A stretch of DNA of 52,569 nt, taken from NCBI GenBank assembly GCA_049517335.1, contig JBEKSD010000013.1:1-52569 (forward strand), read 5' to 3'. This document shows, one piece after another, positions 17,274 to 27,835 of the stretch (its first letter is position 1; each line of letters begins with the position of its first letter). The notes under the pieces are model-generated. The model saw nothing but the letters and a program-made list of their open reading frames with translations, was not told the DNA's origin and did not search any database. The DNA comes from Candidatus Omnitrophota bacterium. GTDB lineage: Bacteria; Omnitrophota; Gorgyraeia; Gygaellales; Profunditerraquicolaceae. Position numbers and translations under genes: made by a program.

Positions 17274-18541
17274 TGATGTTGAATAAAGAGAAGATGTTTT
17301 TATATTTTGACCGAATAATATTGGCTTGCTTGTGCCTCTTAATTTTTTGCCTGCCTTTCGCGAAAGCCGGAAGCGAAACTTTTACATGGGTGGCTATTTT
17401 CTTCTGGTTGTTAAAAAGAATATTGGGATATAGGGCTCAAGCGATAGGGAGAATGCTGCCAGAAACTAAATTAAATAATGTTTTAGGAATATTTGTTTTG
17501 GCTAATTTAATATCAGTAATTTTTAGCACTCATTTTGGCCTATCCTTAAGGGGGTTCCTTGGCAAAGAGCTGAAATTCATTATTATATTTTTTATGCTTG
17601 TTGAATGTGTTAATAGTAGAAGACGGTTAAAAGCTCTTTTAAGCACAATAGTTGCTTCCATAATTTTGTTAATAGTTGATTCTGCGGTGCAGTATTACAG
17701 CGGGAAAGATTTCTTAAGGGGCCACGCCTGGGCAAGGCTCACCGCGTCTTTTACTACCGCCAATGGTTTTGCCGCCTGGTTAATTGTAATAATACCCTTA
17801 TTTTTAGGATTATTGTTTGCGCCTAAGATTATAAGCAAAAGAGTAAAATTCATTCTTTATCCATTGCTTGGGGCGTTGTTAATTTGTTTACTGATGACTT
17901 ATGCGCGTGGAGGATGGTTAGGGTTTATAATAGGTTTTTCTTTAATGGCTGGGTATGTTTTTAAGAATTTTAAATTAAAGATAAAAATATTATGTTTATT
18001 TCTCAGTGCAGGCTTATTAGCTATATTTTTAATTTTGCCTCAGCCTATACAGGATAAGGTTAAGGCTATCGGTAGGGTTAAATTCAGGTCTAGTGAAACA
18101 GTAAACGTACGTATAAAATCAACATTAAAGACAGAGGAAGGTTCAACACCGATTAGATTTAATCTTTGGAAAGAATCCTTAAGGATAATCCGGGAGTATC
18201 CTTTGACTGGGTGCGGATTGAATACTTATTCAAAAGTTGCTAGGAATTACCAAAGTTTCTGGTTTGGTGGAGGATACCCGCATAATTCTTACCTTCATAT
18301 GGCAGCGGAAACAGGCTTATTGGGATTGTTTGCCTTTTTCTGGTTTTTATTCAGTTTCTTTAGGGCGGGGTTTAGATATTTCAAGAAGACTAAGGATTAT
18401 CTGATATTAGGCCTTTTGTCCGGCATTTTAGCATTCCTGGTGCACGCCTTTTTTGATACCCATCTTTATTCCCTGCAGCTCGTAGTTTTATTCTGGTTCA
18501 TGCTTGGACTTACGGTTGCCGTGATTAAATTAGATAGCTAA
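17273..18541 (+). CDS. O-antigen ligase family protein (WaaL-like) 1
   Basis: Polytopic; RL.ASF...N, TYARGGW, R..LW, PLTGCGLNTY, PHNSYLHMAAETGLLG. Confidence 0.87.
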   Translation: MMLNKEKMFLYFDRIILACLCLLIFCLPFAKAGSETFTWVAIFFWLLKRILGYRAQAIGRMLPETKLNNVLGIFVLANLISVIFSTHFGLSLRGFLGKELKFIIIFFMLVECVNSRRRLKALLSTIVASIILLIVDSAVQYYSGKDFLRGHAWARLTASFTTANGFAAWLIVIIPLFLGLLFAPKIISKRVKFILYPLLGALLICLLMTYARGGWLGFIIGFSLMAGYVFKNFKLKIKILCLFLSAGLLAIFLILPQPIQDKVKAIGRVKFRSSETVNVRIKSTLKTEEGSTPIRFNLWKESLRIIREYPLTGCGLNTYSKVARNYQSFWFGGGYPHNSYLHMAAETGLLGLFAFFWFLFSFFRAGFRYFKKTKDYLILGLLSGILAFLVHAFFDTHLYSLQLVVLFWFMLGLTVAVIKLDS

Positions 18542-18610
18542 AAAATACCGCCGCATTCGGATATCCTAGCGTAAACGGCCCTGGATAACTAAAAAGCGGA
18601 AAATAAATAA

Positions 18611-18639
18611 TTGAAGTTGTGCTTAAAAAGAAGTATACT
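18611..18639 (+). promoter_or_regulatory. Putative internal sigma70 promoter
   Basis: TTGAAG, 17 bp, TATACT in a 155-bp intergenic gap. Confidence 0.45.
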
Positions 18640-18696
18640 ATTTATTCGGTTAATTTATCGTTAGAAAGCACTAAAGTCTATGATTTTGATTAAGTT

Positions 18697-19977
18697 ATGA
18701 GAAATTTGACACAAGCAAACTTAGGCATAAAAGGGTATTTCTATAAGTTGATTTTTCGCTATCTGTCGGTTTATATCCGGCTTGAGAATTCCTTAGACGA
18801 GATAAACCCGCAGTCATTCCCGATTAGTAATTTATTTGAGAATTCCAAATTATCAAAAGACAACCCGGATTATTTAATCTTGAACGGCACCGTCCATTAC
18901 GAAAAGAATGTTTTAGCCTTTTTTAAGCAGTTACATAATTCCTGCAGCCGCAAAACAAGAATCGTTATTTTATATTACAGCAGTTTATGGAAGCCTTTAG
19001 TACGGCTTGCTACTTTTTTAGGCATGCGTAATAAAACAGCTGAGCAGAATTGGATTGAGCATAAAGATATGGAAAATATCCTCTTTTTAGCTGATTTTGA
19101 GGCTGTGCTTTGCGAGAGGAAGATTCTTATGCCTTTTTATTTTCCTGTCTTGAGTAATTTCATTAACCGTTATTTAGCTCCGCTTCCGTTAATCCGTCAT
19201 TTCTGCCTGCTGAATATTTTAGTGGCAAGGCCGCTCATAGAACCTGAAAAGAAGGATTTATCCGTATCCGTTATTGTACCTGCAAGGAACGAAGCGGGAA
19301 ATATTGAGAATTTAGTTAAGAGGCTGCCTAAAATGGGGCCTGATGACGAAATAATTTTTGTTGAAGGGCATTCTAAGGACGCCACCTGGCAGGAAATCCA
19401 AAAGGTAAATGATAAGTATAGAAAAGTCCTAAAAATAAAATGCGTTAAGCAGGAGGGAATAGGAAAAGCAGATGCCGTAAGAAAGGGTTTTAGCTATGCC
19501 TCAAAAGAGGTATTTATGGTCTTGGATGCCGATTTATCCGTTTCCCCGGAAGCCCTGCCTGATTTTTATAAAGCTATTCTTGAAGATAAAGCTGAGTTTT
19601 TAAACGGAAGCAGGCTAATCTATCCCCACGAAAGTAAGGCTATGCGGTTTTGCAATATGGTAGGAAATAAGTTTTTCGCGTCAGTCTTTTCTTTTCTTGT
19701 GGGGCAAAGATTTAAGGATACTTTGTGCGGGACCAAGGCTATTTCCCAGGAAAATTACGAAAAAATTGTTTTAAATAGGAATTTTTTCGGGGATTTTGAT
19801 CCTTTTGGCGATTTTGATTTGATTTTGGGCGCTTCCCGCCTTTGCCTTAAAATCCGAGAGATACCCGTAAGATACTGCGAAAGAACCTACGGAACCACTA
19901 ATATAAATCGCTGGAAGCACGGCTTTATCCTTTTAAGAATGGTGTTGTTTTCAGCAAGGAAATTAAAGTTTATATAG
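18697..19977 (+). CDS. GT2 (polyprenol-phosphate glycosyltransferase-like) with a degenerate N-terminal methyltransferase-like domain
   Basis: C-terminal VPARNEAGNI, LDADL, DTLCGTK, FDPFGDFDL; the N-terminal ~185 aa lack a clear SAM motif I. Confidence 0.8.
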   Translation: MRNLTQANLGIKGYFYKLIFRYLSVYIRLENSLDEINPQSFPISNLFENSKLSKDNPDYLILNGTVHYEKNVLAFFKQLHNSCSRKTRIVILYYSSLWKPLVRLATFLGMRNKTAEQNWIEHKDMENILFLADFEAVLCERKILMPFYFPVLSNFINRYLAPLPLIRHFCLLNILVARPLIEPEKKDLSVSVIVPARNEAGNIENLVKRLPKMGPDDEIIFVEGHSKDATWQEIQKVNDKYRKVLKIKCVKQEGIGKADAVRKGFSYASKEVFMVLDADLSVSPEALPDFYKAILEDKAEFLNGSRLIYPHESKAMRFCNMVGNKFFASVFSFLVGQRFKDTLCGTKAISQENYEKIVLNRNFFGDFDPFGDFDLILGASRLCLKIREIPVRYCERTYGTTNINRWKHGFILLRMVLFSARKLKFI

Positions 19978-20077
19978 GAAATTAACTATAAAATAGCAAA
20001 AAATTTAATAAATTCAGAAATGATCTCGCTCGAAGAGTCGGTAATGCGAATAGTAGACTAGTGGCTGAGCAATAAAT

Positions 20078-20956
20078 ATGAGTGAAAAGCCGTTAGTAAG
20101 CGTAATAATTCCAACTTATAATAGGGCAAAGACTATTTATAGGGCAATAGAGAGCTGTCTTTGCCAGACCTATAGCGAAATAGAAATATTGATTATAGAT
20201 GATAATTCTTCGGATGAGACAGTCCATATAGTTAAAAACTTCAAAGATTCAAGAGTTAAATATCTCCTGCACAGTAATAACATGGGTCCGGGTGCAGCTA
20301 GAAATACCGGCTTGCGTAATGCTACTGGTGAATTTATATCTTTTCTTGATTCAGATGATGAGTGGTTAAAAGATAAGGTTTCAAAGCAGGTAGAAATATT
20401 TGAGGCTTTAAGCAACCAGAGCTTAAATATTGGTCTTGTTTTTGTTAACGGATATAATGAAGCTGAAAAATGTATTTTTATCCGAGATATCTCTTCAGGA
20501 ATAGTTTATAGTCCAAGAAGAGACAATTTTTATCCTTTAAACGTGTTAGTGCCTCCTCCTACAGCATGGATGATTACCCGAAAAATTGCTGATGATATAG
20601 GTCTCTTTGATGAACGAATGTATAATTGGGATGATGGTGATTATTGGGCTAGGATAGCCTATCAGTATGATATTTATTTCTTAAACGAGAATTTAGTAAT
20701 TTGGCATGCAAGCAGAGAACATGTTAATAGGATGAGTAGTAATTTAATTGCAGGAAAGGAATTATTCCTTAAGAAGAATTATGATTTCATGAAAAAAGAT
20801 AAAGAATATCTCTTTAGGTTTTATAAAGCGCTAGGCAAGGATGCACTATCTATTAATAAGGCTAAATCACGAAAATATCTTCTGAAAGCTTTATCAATGA
20901 AGCCCTATGATTTATCAATACTAAGTAAGTTGTTCAGGTCTTTTAGGAAGAAATGA
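20078..20956 (+). CDS. GT2 glycosyltransferase
   Basis: VSVIIPTYNR, IDDNSSD, ARNTG, FLDSDD. Confidence 0.92.
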   Translation: MSEKPLVSVIIPTYNRAKTIYRAIESCLCQTYSEIEILIIDDNSSDETVHIVKNFKDSRVKYLLHSNNMGPGAARNTGLRNATGEFISFLDSDDEWLKDKVSKQVEIFEALSNQSLNIGLVFVNGYNEAEKCIFIRDISSGIVYSPRRDNFYPLNVLVPPPTAWMITRKIADDIGLFDERMYNWDDGDYWARIAYQYDIYFLNENLVIWHASREHVNRMSSNLIAGKELFLKKNYDFMKKDKEYLFRFYKALGKDALSINKAKSRKYLLKALSMKPYDLSILSKLFRSFRKK

Positions 20957-21004
20957 TGATTTTTATAATATTTTACATTAGTTAAGGAACAGAGGCCATA
21001 AAAA

Positions 21005-21796
21005 ATGGTTAAGTTAAGCGTAGTAATACCAGTAAAGAATGAAAAGGGTAAAATAGAAAAATGCTTGGATTCTTTGCGTGGTTTTGTTGATGAAATAGTA
21101 GTTGTTGATAGCCTAGGCATTGATGGAACCGTAGAAGTTTGCAAAAAATATGGAGCAAAAGTTATTACTCATGAACTAGAAGGATTCAATATGGATAAAC
21201 AGCGTAATATCGGCATAGAGAATGCGACAGGAGATTGGATCCTGCAGACAGAATCTGATGAAGTATTTCCGCCTGATGCGGTAGATAAAATCCGTAAGGC
21301 TATAGAAAATCCGCAAGGTTACGTAGCATTTAGAGTTTTTAGAATAAATTACTTCTTGGGTTATCCTTTACGATATGCTGGTTCTCGTGACCACTTGGTG
21401 AGAATATCAAGAAAAGAGAAAGCATCTTACGTTGGTAATAATTTGCATGAAACATTAAAGGTGGATGGCCCTGTAGGAGATATTGATATTGATATCTGCC
21501 ACTATTCTGTTAATTCCATAGCGCAATATATAGCAAAATGTAATTTTTTTTCTGAGGCAGAATCGGATATTTTCTTGAAAGAGAATGATAAGGTGGATAT
21601 AAAAGAAATTAAATACCGGCTTACTTGGAAATCTTTGAAATTATTCTGGAAGTTTTATATTAGGAAGAAAGGTTACAGAGATGGGATATATGGATTGGCG
21701 TGGTGTATATTAAGTGTTATCGGCCCTCAGGTAAAATGGCTTAAGATTTGGGAGAAAGCCAAGAATTCCGGTAAGTTAAGAGGGGAAAGTATTTAA
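21005..21796 (+). CDS. GT2, LPS beta-1,4-glucosyltransferase (LgtF/WaaE)-like
   Basis: LSVVIPVKNE, QRNIG, ESDE, LHE, GYRDG..G motifs. Confidence 0.85.
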   Translation: MVKLSVVIPVKNEKGKIEKCLDSLRGFVDEIVVVDSLGIDGTVEVCKKYGAKVITHELEGFNMDKQRNIGIENATGDWILQTESDEVFPPDAVDKIRKAIENPQGYVAFRVFRINYFLGYPLRYAGSRDHLVRISRKEKASYVGNNLHETLKVDGPVGDIDIDICHYSVNSIAQYIAKCNFFSEAESDIFLKENDKVDIKEIKYRLTWKSLKLFWKFYIRKKGYRDGIYGLAWCILSVIGPQVKWLKIWEKAKNSGKLRGESI

Positions 21797-21822
21797 AATT
21801 TGAAGGAAAGGATTTCTAAGCT

Positions 21823-23070
21823 ATGAATATACGCGCAAAAGTCGTAACGTGGAACGAGAGGGTTATTTACTGGGGTATAATTTTCATACCTTTTGTAGTG
21901 AGTTTCTCAGCAGCCGCAGTGAATGTCTTTATAGGGCTCGTGGTTGCAGGGTTCCTGGTTAAGAAAATCGCCTTACGCGATTGCTCATTAGCCAAGACGC
22001 CCCTAAATTTCCCATTTTTCTGTCTCCTTACGGTTGCCTTAATTTCGTTTATAAATTCAATAAGCATAAAAGCCAGCATACAGGGTATTGAAAAGCTACT
22101 GAAATACGGTTTTCTATTCCTGATTATGGCTTCTGAAATTAGGGATCGGAAACACGTGAAGTGGATAATCACAGCTATTATTTCCGGTTTATTTTTGTCC
22201 TGTTCAGACGGGTTCTACTCGCTTATTTTCGGTAAGGACTTATTTAACGCAGATCCCCCTCAATTTATGCTTGGGCTATCGCGGATTAGGGCTGCTTTTC
22301 CTTCCACAAATATTTTAGGCGGGTATTTAACGCTTCTTTCGGCCCTTCCAATATCATTGGCCCTGTATTATTTAAAAGGCCGCAAGAAAATGTTATTAAT
22401 TATAGTTTCGGCGTATGTTATTTATGCGTTGATTAATACTCTTTCGCGAAGCGCCATTTTCGGAACTTGGGCAGCCATAATTTTTATGGCAGCCGTAAAG
22501 AAAGATAAGATTACCCTTTTCCTGAATCTTTTTTTAATTATCCTCTTGTCAATATTCTCTGCGCGGATTGTAACAAATTTGGTAGGCAATCAAACGACGG
22601 TGCGGGAGATTATTTTGGATGATACAAGAGTCAATATTTACCGCGCGTCTTTAAATATGATTAAACATCATCCGATAATTGGGGTAGGCGTGAATACGTT
22701 TAGCATTAATTTCCAAAAATATAAGCTGAAAGAAACAAAAGGTTTTACAGGTGATACCCAGTATTATGCGCATAATATTTATCTGCATATGGCAGGAGAG
22801 ACAGGTTTAATCGCGTTATTAGTGTTTATTTGGTTATTGTTCAGGGTTTTTAAACACTGGGCCTATTTTTACTGCAGGGCTGCTGAGGACGAATTCCTTA
22901 AAACCTGTAGCCTAGGTATTGTTGCCGGGCTTATCGCATTCCTTATTAACGGCATGGCTGAAACAAACCTCTATTATTCTAAAATTGCGTCATTCTTTTG
23001 GTTTCAAATCGGTCTATTGTTAGCGATTATTAAACTACAGATAGGTGATCATGAAAAACAAAAAGATTAA
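21823..23070 (+). CDS. O-antigen ligase family protein (WaaL-like) 2
   Basis: RIRAAF...N, TLSRSA, HPIIGVGVNTF, AHNIYLHMAGETG. Confidence 0.87.
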   Translation: MNIRAKVVTWNERVIYWGIIFIPFVVSFSAAAVNVFIGLVVAGFLVKKIALRDCSLAKTPLNFPFFCLLTVALISFINSISIKASIQGIEKLLKYGFLFLIMASEIRDRKHVKWIITAIISGLFLSCSDGFYSLIFGKDLFNADPPQFMLGLSRIRAAFPSTNILGGYLTLLSALPISLALYYLKGRKKMLLIIVSAYVIYALINTLSRSAIFGTWAAIIFMAAVKKDKITLFLNLFLIILLSIFSARIVTNLVGNQTTVREIILDDTRVNIYRASLNMIKHHPIIGVGVNTFSINFQKYKLKETKGFTGDTQYYAHNIYLHMAGETGLIALLVFIWLLFRVFKHWAYFYCRAAEDEFLKTCSLGIVAGLIAFLINGMAETNLYYSKIASFFWFQIGLLLAIIKLQIGDHEKQKD

Positions 23071-23842
23071 AGTTGTAATTCTGTGTGGCGGTAGGGGGAC
23101 ACGCTTAACCGAAGAAACTACCAATATCCCTAAGCCTATGGTGGAAATAGGAGGTAGGCCCATCCTTTGGCATGTTATGAAGACATATTCCCATTATGGT
23201 TTTAATGATTTTATAGTTTGTTTAGGCTACAAAGGATATATTATTAAAGAGTATTTTGCGAACTATTTCCTTCATTCAGCGGATATAGCGCTTGATTTAG
23301 CTAAAAATAAAATGGAAGTGCTGGGTTCAAAAGCAGAGCCTTGGAAGGTCACTCTTATTGATACCGGGCTTGATACAATGACCGGCGGCAGGATAAAAAG
23401 AATTAAAGAGTATGTAGGCAATCATACTTTTATGCTTACCTATGGGGATGGCATAGGCGACGTCAATATTAAAGAATCTTTAATATTTCATAAAAAGCAC
23501 GGTAAATTAGCAACAATTACCGCAGTGCAACAGGCAGGCAGGTTTGGCGCTTTAGATATAGCGAGTTCCGGCAATGTCAGGTTATTTTTTGAAAAACCAA
23601 AAGGTGATGGAGCTTGGATTAACGGCGGATTCTTTATCTTAGAGCCGGGAATATTCACTTTTATAAAAGATGACTCGGTAATCTGGGAAGATAAGCCTCT
23701 GGAAAAGCTCGCTAAAAATAACCAGTTAAACGCCTATAAACACAGGGGATTCTGGAAATGTATGGATACTTTACGGGATAAAATAGAATTGGACCAGTTA
23801 TGGAATCTGGGTAAGGCTCCCTGGAAAACTTGGAAAGCATAA
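23051..23842 (+). CDS. rfbF: Glucose-1-phosphate cytidylyltransferase
   Basis: ILCGGRGTRL, PKPMVEIGG, TMTGGR, LTYGDG, FWKCMDTLRD. Confidence 0.95.
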   Translation: MKNKKIKVVILCGGRGTRLTEETTNIPKPMVEIGGRPILWHVMKTYSHYGFNDFIVCLGYKGYIIKEYFANYFLHSADIALDLAKNKMEVLGSKAEPWKVTLIDTGLDTMTGGRIKRIKEYVGNHTFMLTYGDGIGDVNIKESLIFHKKHGKLATITAVQQAGRFGALDIASSGNVRLFFEKPKGDGAWINGGFFILEPGIFTFIKDDSVIWEDKPLEKLAKNNQLNAYKHRGFWKCMDTLRDKIELDQLWNLGKAPWKTWKA

Positions 23843-23851
23843 GAAAATATT

Positions 23852-24829
23852 ATGAATAAGCGATTCTGGAAAAACAAGTCAGTATTAATTACGGGCTTTG
23901 AGGGCTTTTTGGGTTCTAATCTCAGCAAAGTAATGATCTCCTCCGGAGCCAAGATTTTCGGGTTGGATATCAGGGTTAACCGGAAAGATACTATTCTGAC
24001 TGTACCTGATTATAAAAAGTTAACAGTGATTAAAGGTAGCGTAACTAACTTTAAGTTACTCAAAGATATTATAGTTAGAAACAAAATTAATGTCCTGTTC
24101 CATCTTGCTGCAGAAGCCATCGTAGGGAAATGCCACAATAATCCCTTAGGTACTTTCTCTGCGAACATTGAAGGCACTTGGAATATCTTGGAAACATGCA
24201 GAAATTCAGAAAGTATTCAGGCGATCATTATAGCCTCAAGCGATAAAGCTTACGGTAGCCATAAAAAATTGCCTTATAGAGAAGATACGCCATTAATCGG
24301 CAGGCATCCTTATGATGTGTCTAAAAGTTGCGCTGATTTGATAGCCAATACTTATGCCCATACTTATAATTTACCGGTAGCAGTCACTAGATGCGGCAAT
24401 ATCTATGGGCCGGGAGATTTTAATTTTTCCCGAATAGTCCCGGATGCTATTAGGTGCGCGCTTACCGGAAAAACGCTCTTGATACGTAGTGATGGTAAAT
24501 TTATACGCGATTATGTTTATGTGGACGATATTGTAAACGCTTATATTATGCTGGCAGAAAAGCTGCAAGCACTAAAGCTTAAGGGAGAGGCGTTTAATTT
24601 TAGCGATGAGAATCCGATTAGCGTGGTAAGTCTAGTTAAAAAAATATATAAAGCCGCAGGGGTAAAAGAAAATTATAAAATACTTAATCAAGTTAAATAT
24701 GAAATATTACACCAGTATTTAACTTCGCGTAAGGCACGAAAGATTCTATGCTGGAAGCCGCGGACTAGCTTTGGAGAAGGACTAAGTAAGACAATCCTTT
24801 GGTATAAAGAACTACTGCTAGATAAATGA
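23852..24829 (+). CDS. rfbG: CDP-glucose 4,6-dehydratase
   Basis: FWKNKSVLITG..GFLG, SSDKAY, YDVSK, GNIYGPGD; follows rfbF. Confidence 0.85.
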   Translation: MNKRFWKNKSVLITGFEGFLGSNLSKVMISSGAKIFGLDIRVNRKDTILTVPDYKKLTVIKGSVTNFKLLKDIIVRNKINVLFHLAAEAIVGKCHNNPLGTFSANIEGTWNILETCRNSESIQAIIIASSDKAYGSHKKLPYREDTPLIGRHPYDVSKSCADLIANTYAHTYNLPVAVTRCGNIYGPGDFNFSRIVPDAIRCALTGKTLLIRSDGKFIRDYVYVDDIVNAYIMLAEKLQALKLKGEAFNFSDENPISVVSLVKKIYKAAGVKENYKILNQVKYEILHQYLTSRKARKILCWKPRTSFGEGLSKTILWYKELLLDK

Positions 24830-25566
24830 AAATATTATTTTTAGGTACAAACGGTTGGTATGACAGCGAAACAGGCAATACTGTTTGTGTGCTTGTAGAG
24901 ACAAAGAAAGAATATATAATTTTTGATGCCGGTAATGGTTTTTATAAACTAGATAGGTACATTATATGCAATAAACCGGTGTATTTATTTTTAAGCCATT
25001 ATCATCTGGATCATGTAATTGGCCTGCATATGTTGAATAAATTCCATTTTAAGCAAGGGATTGATATATATGGTCCTCTTGGCTTAAGGATGCTTTTTAA
25101 GAAAGTCATTAATAAGCCATACACAATTCCTTTATCCGATTTGCCTATGAGGCTACGGTTACACGAGATTTCTAAGGGCACCATTCTTCCTTCAGGTATA
25201 AGCTATGCTCTTCTTAAGCATTCTGCGCTTTGTTATGGATACAGGTTTTGTTCAGAAGATAAAACAATTGCCTATTGTACTGACACTGGAATTTGCGATA
25301 ATCTATTTTATTTGGCAAGGAACGCGGACCTTTTAATTACCGAATGTTCTTATAAAAGAGGGCAAAAAAGTGACACTTGGCCTCATCTTAATCCTGAGAG
25401 TAGTGCTAGAATTGCGAAAAAGGCTAAGGTAAGGAAGCTTATGCTCTTACATTTTGACGCATCGATCTATCCGACATTCAAAGAAAGGGCATTGGCTGAA
25501 GCATACGCAAAAAAGATTTTTAAGAATTCAAAAGCAGCTAGAGACGGTGCGGTTGAAATTGTATAG
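24826..25566 (+). CDS. MBL-fold metallohydrolase, RNase Z-like
   Basis: FLGTNG, FDAG, SHYHLDH, YCTDT, ITEC, HL, LHF metal-binding motifs. Confidence 0.85.
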   Translation: MKILFLGTNGWYDSETGNTVCVLVETKKEYIIFDAGNGFYKLDRYIICNKPVYLFLSHYHLDHVIGLHMLNKFHFKQGIDIYGPLGLRMLFKKVINKPYTIPLSDLPMRLRLHEISKGTILPSGISYALLKHSALCYGYRFCSEDKTIAYCTDTGICDNLFYLARNADLLITECSYKRGQKSDTWPHLNPESSARIAKKAKVRKLMLLHFDASIYPTFKERALAEAYAKKIFKNSKAARDGAVEIV

Positions 25567-25587
25567 AAATCTAATTGTTGATGAAAA

Positions 25588-26520
25588 ATGAATAAAAAAA
25601 TAGCAATATTAGGGGCAACTAGTCATATCGCTAAAGGCTTGATCTATAATTTCGTTATATCGGGTAGCAATAAAATGTTCTTATTCGCCCGTTCTTCCAA
25701 GCGTGTAGGGAACTTTTTAAGAAAGAATAGCTTAAAAGGGGGTATTTTTGTTGAGGGTTTTAAGGATTTCCATTCCCATGAATATGACGTAATAATTAAT
25801 TGTGTCGGTCTTGGGGTTCCGAATAAAATTAAAGATAGTCTGGGTTTAGTCTTCCAATTAAATGAAGAGTTCGATAGTATGCTACTTTCTTATCTCGATA
25901 AGCATCCCCTGAGCCGTTGTATTAATTTTAGTAGTGGCGCGGTATATGGAAATAGCTTTAACAGTAAAATAAGGGAAGATAGATTATCTAAAATCGATAT
26001 AAACAATATAAAAGCGCAGGATTATTATTGTATTGCTAAAATTAATTCAGAAGCCAAGCACCGCGCCCGGCAGGATTTGAATATAATTGATATAAGGGTT
26101 TTTTCGTATTTCAGTCGTTTTATAGACCTTGATTCAGGTTATTTTCTATCAGAAATAGTAAAAAGCGTAAAGGAAAATAAAGAATTAGTGACAGATTCAT
26201 CTGATTTTGTCAGGGATTACCTGGGTCCGGCAGATTTATTTAATCTCGTAAAATTAATCATCAAACATGAGCCTTTTAACGGCCCTTTGGATGCTTATAG
26301 CAGGAGACCGGTTAGCAAATTTGAGCTTCTCGAATTCTTTGTCAAAAAATACGCGCTTCGTTACATTATCGATAATAAAATTAAATTTAGCTACCCTATA
26401 GGGAGGAAAAACGTTTATAGTCCTAATTCGCGCGCCGCGGCTAAAATTGGATACAAGCCAAGATTCTCATCAATTGAAGCCGTGAAATTAGAATCCGAAC
26501 TTTTGTTATCCCGGGAATAA
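25588..26520 (+). CDS. NAD-dependent epimerase/reductase (extended SDR)
   Basis: ILGATSHIA divergent Rossmann motif, FSSGAVYG, YCIAK (YxxxK), RDY. Confidence 0.8.
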   Translation: MNKKIAILGATSHIAKGLIYNFVISGSNKMFLFARSSKRVGNFLRKNSLKGGIFVEGFKDFHSHEYDVIINCVGLGVPNKIKDSLGLVFQLNEEFDSMLLSYLDKHPLSRCINFSSGAVYGNSFNSKIREDRLSKIDINNIKAQDYYCIAKINSEAKHRARQDLNIIDIRVFSYFSRFIDLDSGYFLSEIVKSVKENKELVTDSSDFVRDYLGPADLFNLVKLIIKHEPFNGPLDAYSRRPVSKFELLEFFVKKYALRYIIDNKIKFSYPIGRKNVYSPNSRAAAKIGYKPRFSSIEAVKLESELLLSRE

Positions 26521-26527
26521 GTTTTAT

Positions 26528-27835
26528 ATGAAAAAAGATATAAGAAAAGAGATATTTAATAAAGTAGCTGATTTCTATAGATCTAAAAGTAAGGATAAGT
26601 TTATTCCCGGGAAGACTAATGTTCCGTATGCCGGGCGTGTATATGATGAAAAAGAATTGATCAATGCGGTGGATGCATGTCTTGATTTTTGGCTGACAGA
26701 AGGCAGGTTCGTAAAAGAGTTTAATTCTAAATTGGCTTCTTTTGTCTGAGTAGAATATTGCATTCCTGTAAATTCAGGCTCATCAGCGAATCTTCTGGCG
26801 GTATCAGCGTTGACTTCGCCGTTATTAAAAGAAAGGCAGTTAAAGCCCAAAGATGAAATAATTACTACAGCGTGCGGATTTCCTACGACCCTCAACCCGA
26901 TTATTCAGAATAATTTACTGCCCGTATTTATAGATGTTGAGCTTGGCACATACAATATACAGGCAAAAAATATAGAAAAAGCTATCACTAAGAAGACAAA
27001 AGCCATATTTACCACGCATACTTTAGGTAACCCGGTGGATATAGATAGCGTTAAGAAAATCGCAAAAAAATATAACCTTTGGTGGATTGAAGATAACTGT
27101 GACGCGCTTGGCTCAAAATATAGAGGAAAGTTCTCGGGGTCTTTTGGTGACATATCAACTTGTAGTTTTTATCCACCACATCACATCACAATGGGGGAGG
27201 GAGGGGCCGTATTAACAAATAGCCCCCTATTGCGTAAAATTCTACTTTCCTTCCGTGATTGGGGGAAGGATTGTTGTTGTGAGACAGGCCATGACAATGC
27301 CTGTGGCAGAAGATTTACGCAGAAGTTTGGGAGGTTGCCTTTTGGTTATGACCATAAATATGTGTATTCACATATCGGTTATAACCTTAAAATAACCGAT
27401 ATACAGGCAGCAATAGGTTGTGCCCAATTAAAAAAGTTACCCAGTTTCATAGAAGCGAGAAAAAAGAACTTTAATTATTTCTATAACCGGCTTAAATGTT
27501 ATGGTAAATATTTATTTTTGCCTGAATGGAATAAGAATTCTGTTCCGAGCTGGTTTGGATTCCCGCTGTTAGTAAGAGAGGGTGCTTCGTTTACTCGGGC
27601 TGATATCGTAAGTCATCTTGAAAAGAATAAAATCGCCACAAGAATGCTTTTCGGAGGTAATCTTATTAAACAATCAGCTTATAAAAGCGTAAAATATCGT
27701 ATAGCCGCAAGTTTAAAAAATACTGATTTGGTGATGAATAATCTTTTTTGGATAGGAGTTTATCCGGGGCTTAAAAAAGAGCAACTTTCATATGTTGCAA
27801 AAGTTCTTCGGGGATTCTTTAAGACTCTATATTAA
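26528..27835 (+). pseudogene. rfbH: CDP-4-keto-6-deoxyglucose 3-dehydrase (E1), interrupted by an in-frame TGA at 26747-26749
   Basis: The two track ORFs share one frame; read-through gives FV*VEYCIPVNSGSSANLLA; EDNCD, SFYPPHHITMGEGG (His form), RDWGKDCCC, YDHKY. Confidence 0.9.

Noticed and set aside
19978-20061. Open stretch EINYKIAKNLINSEMISLEESVMRIVD, possibly a gene-end remnant
   Set aside because: No diagnostic motif; could be chance
26747-26749. TGA recoded as Gly (genetic code 25) or as selenocysteine
   Set aside because: Many genes here end at TGA at their expected lengths (2598, 5415, 10296, 44453), and the position corresponds to Gly rather than a catalytic Cys
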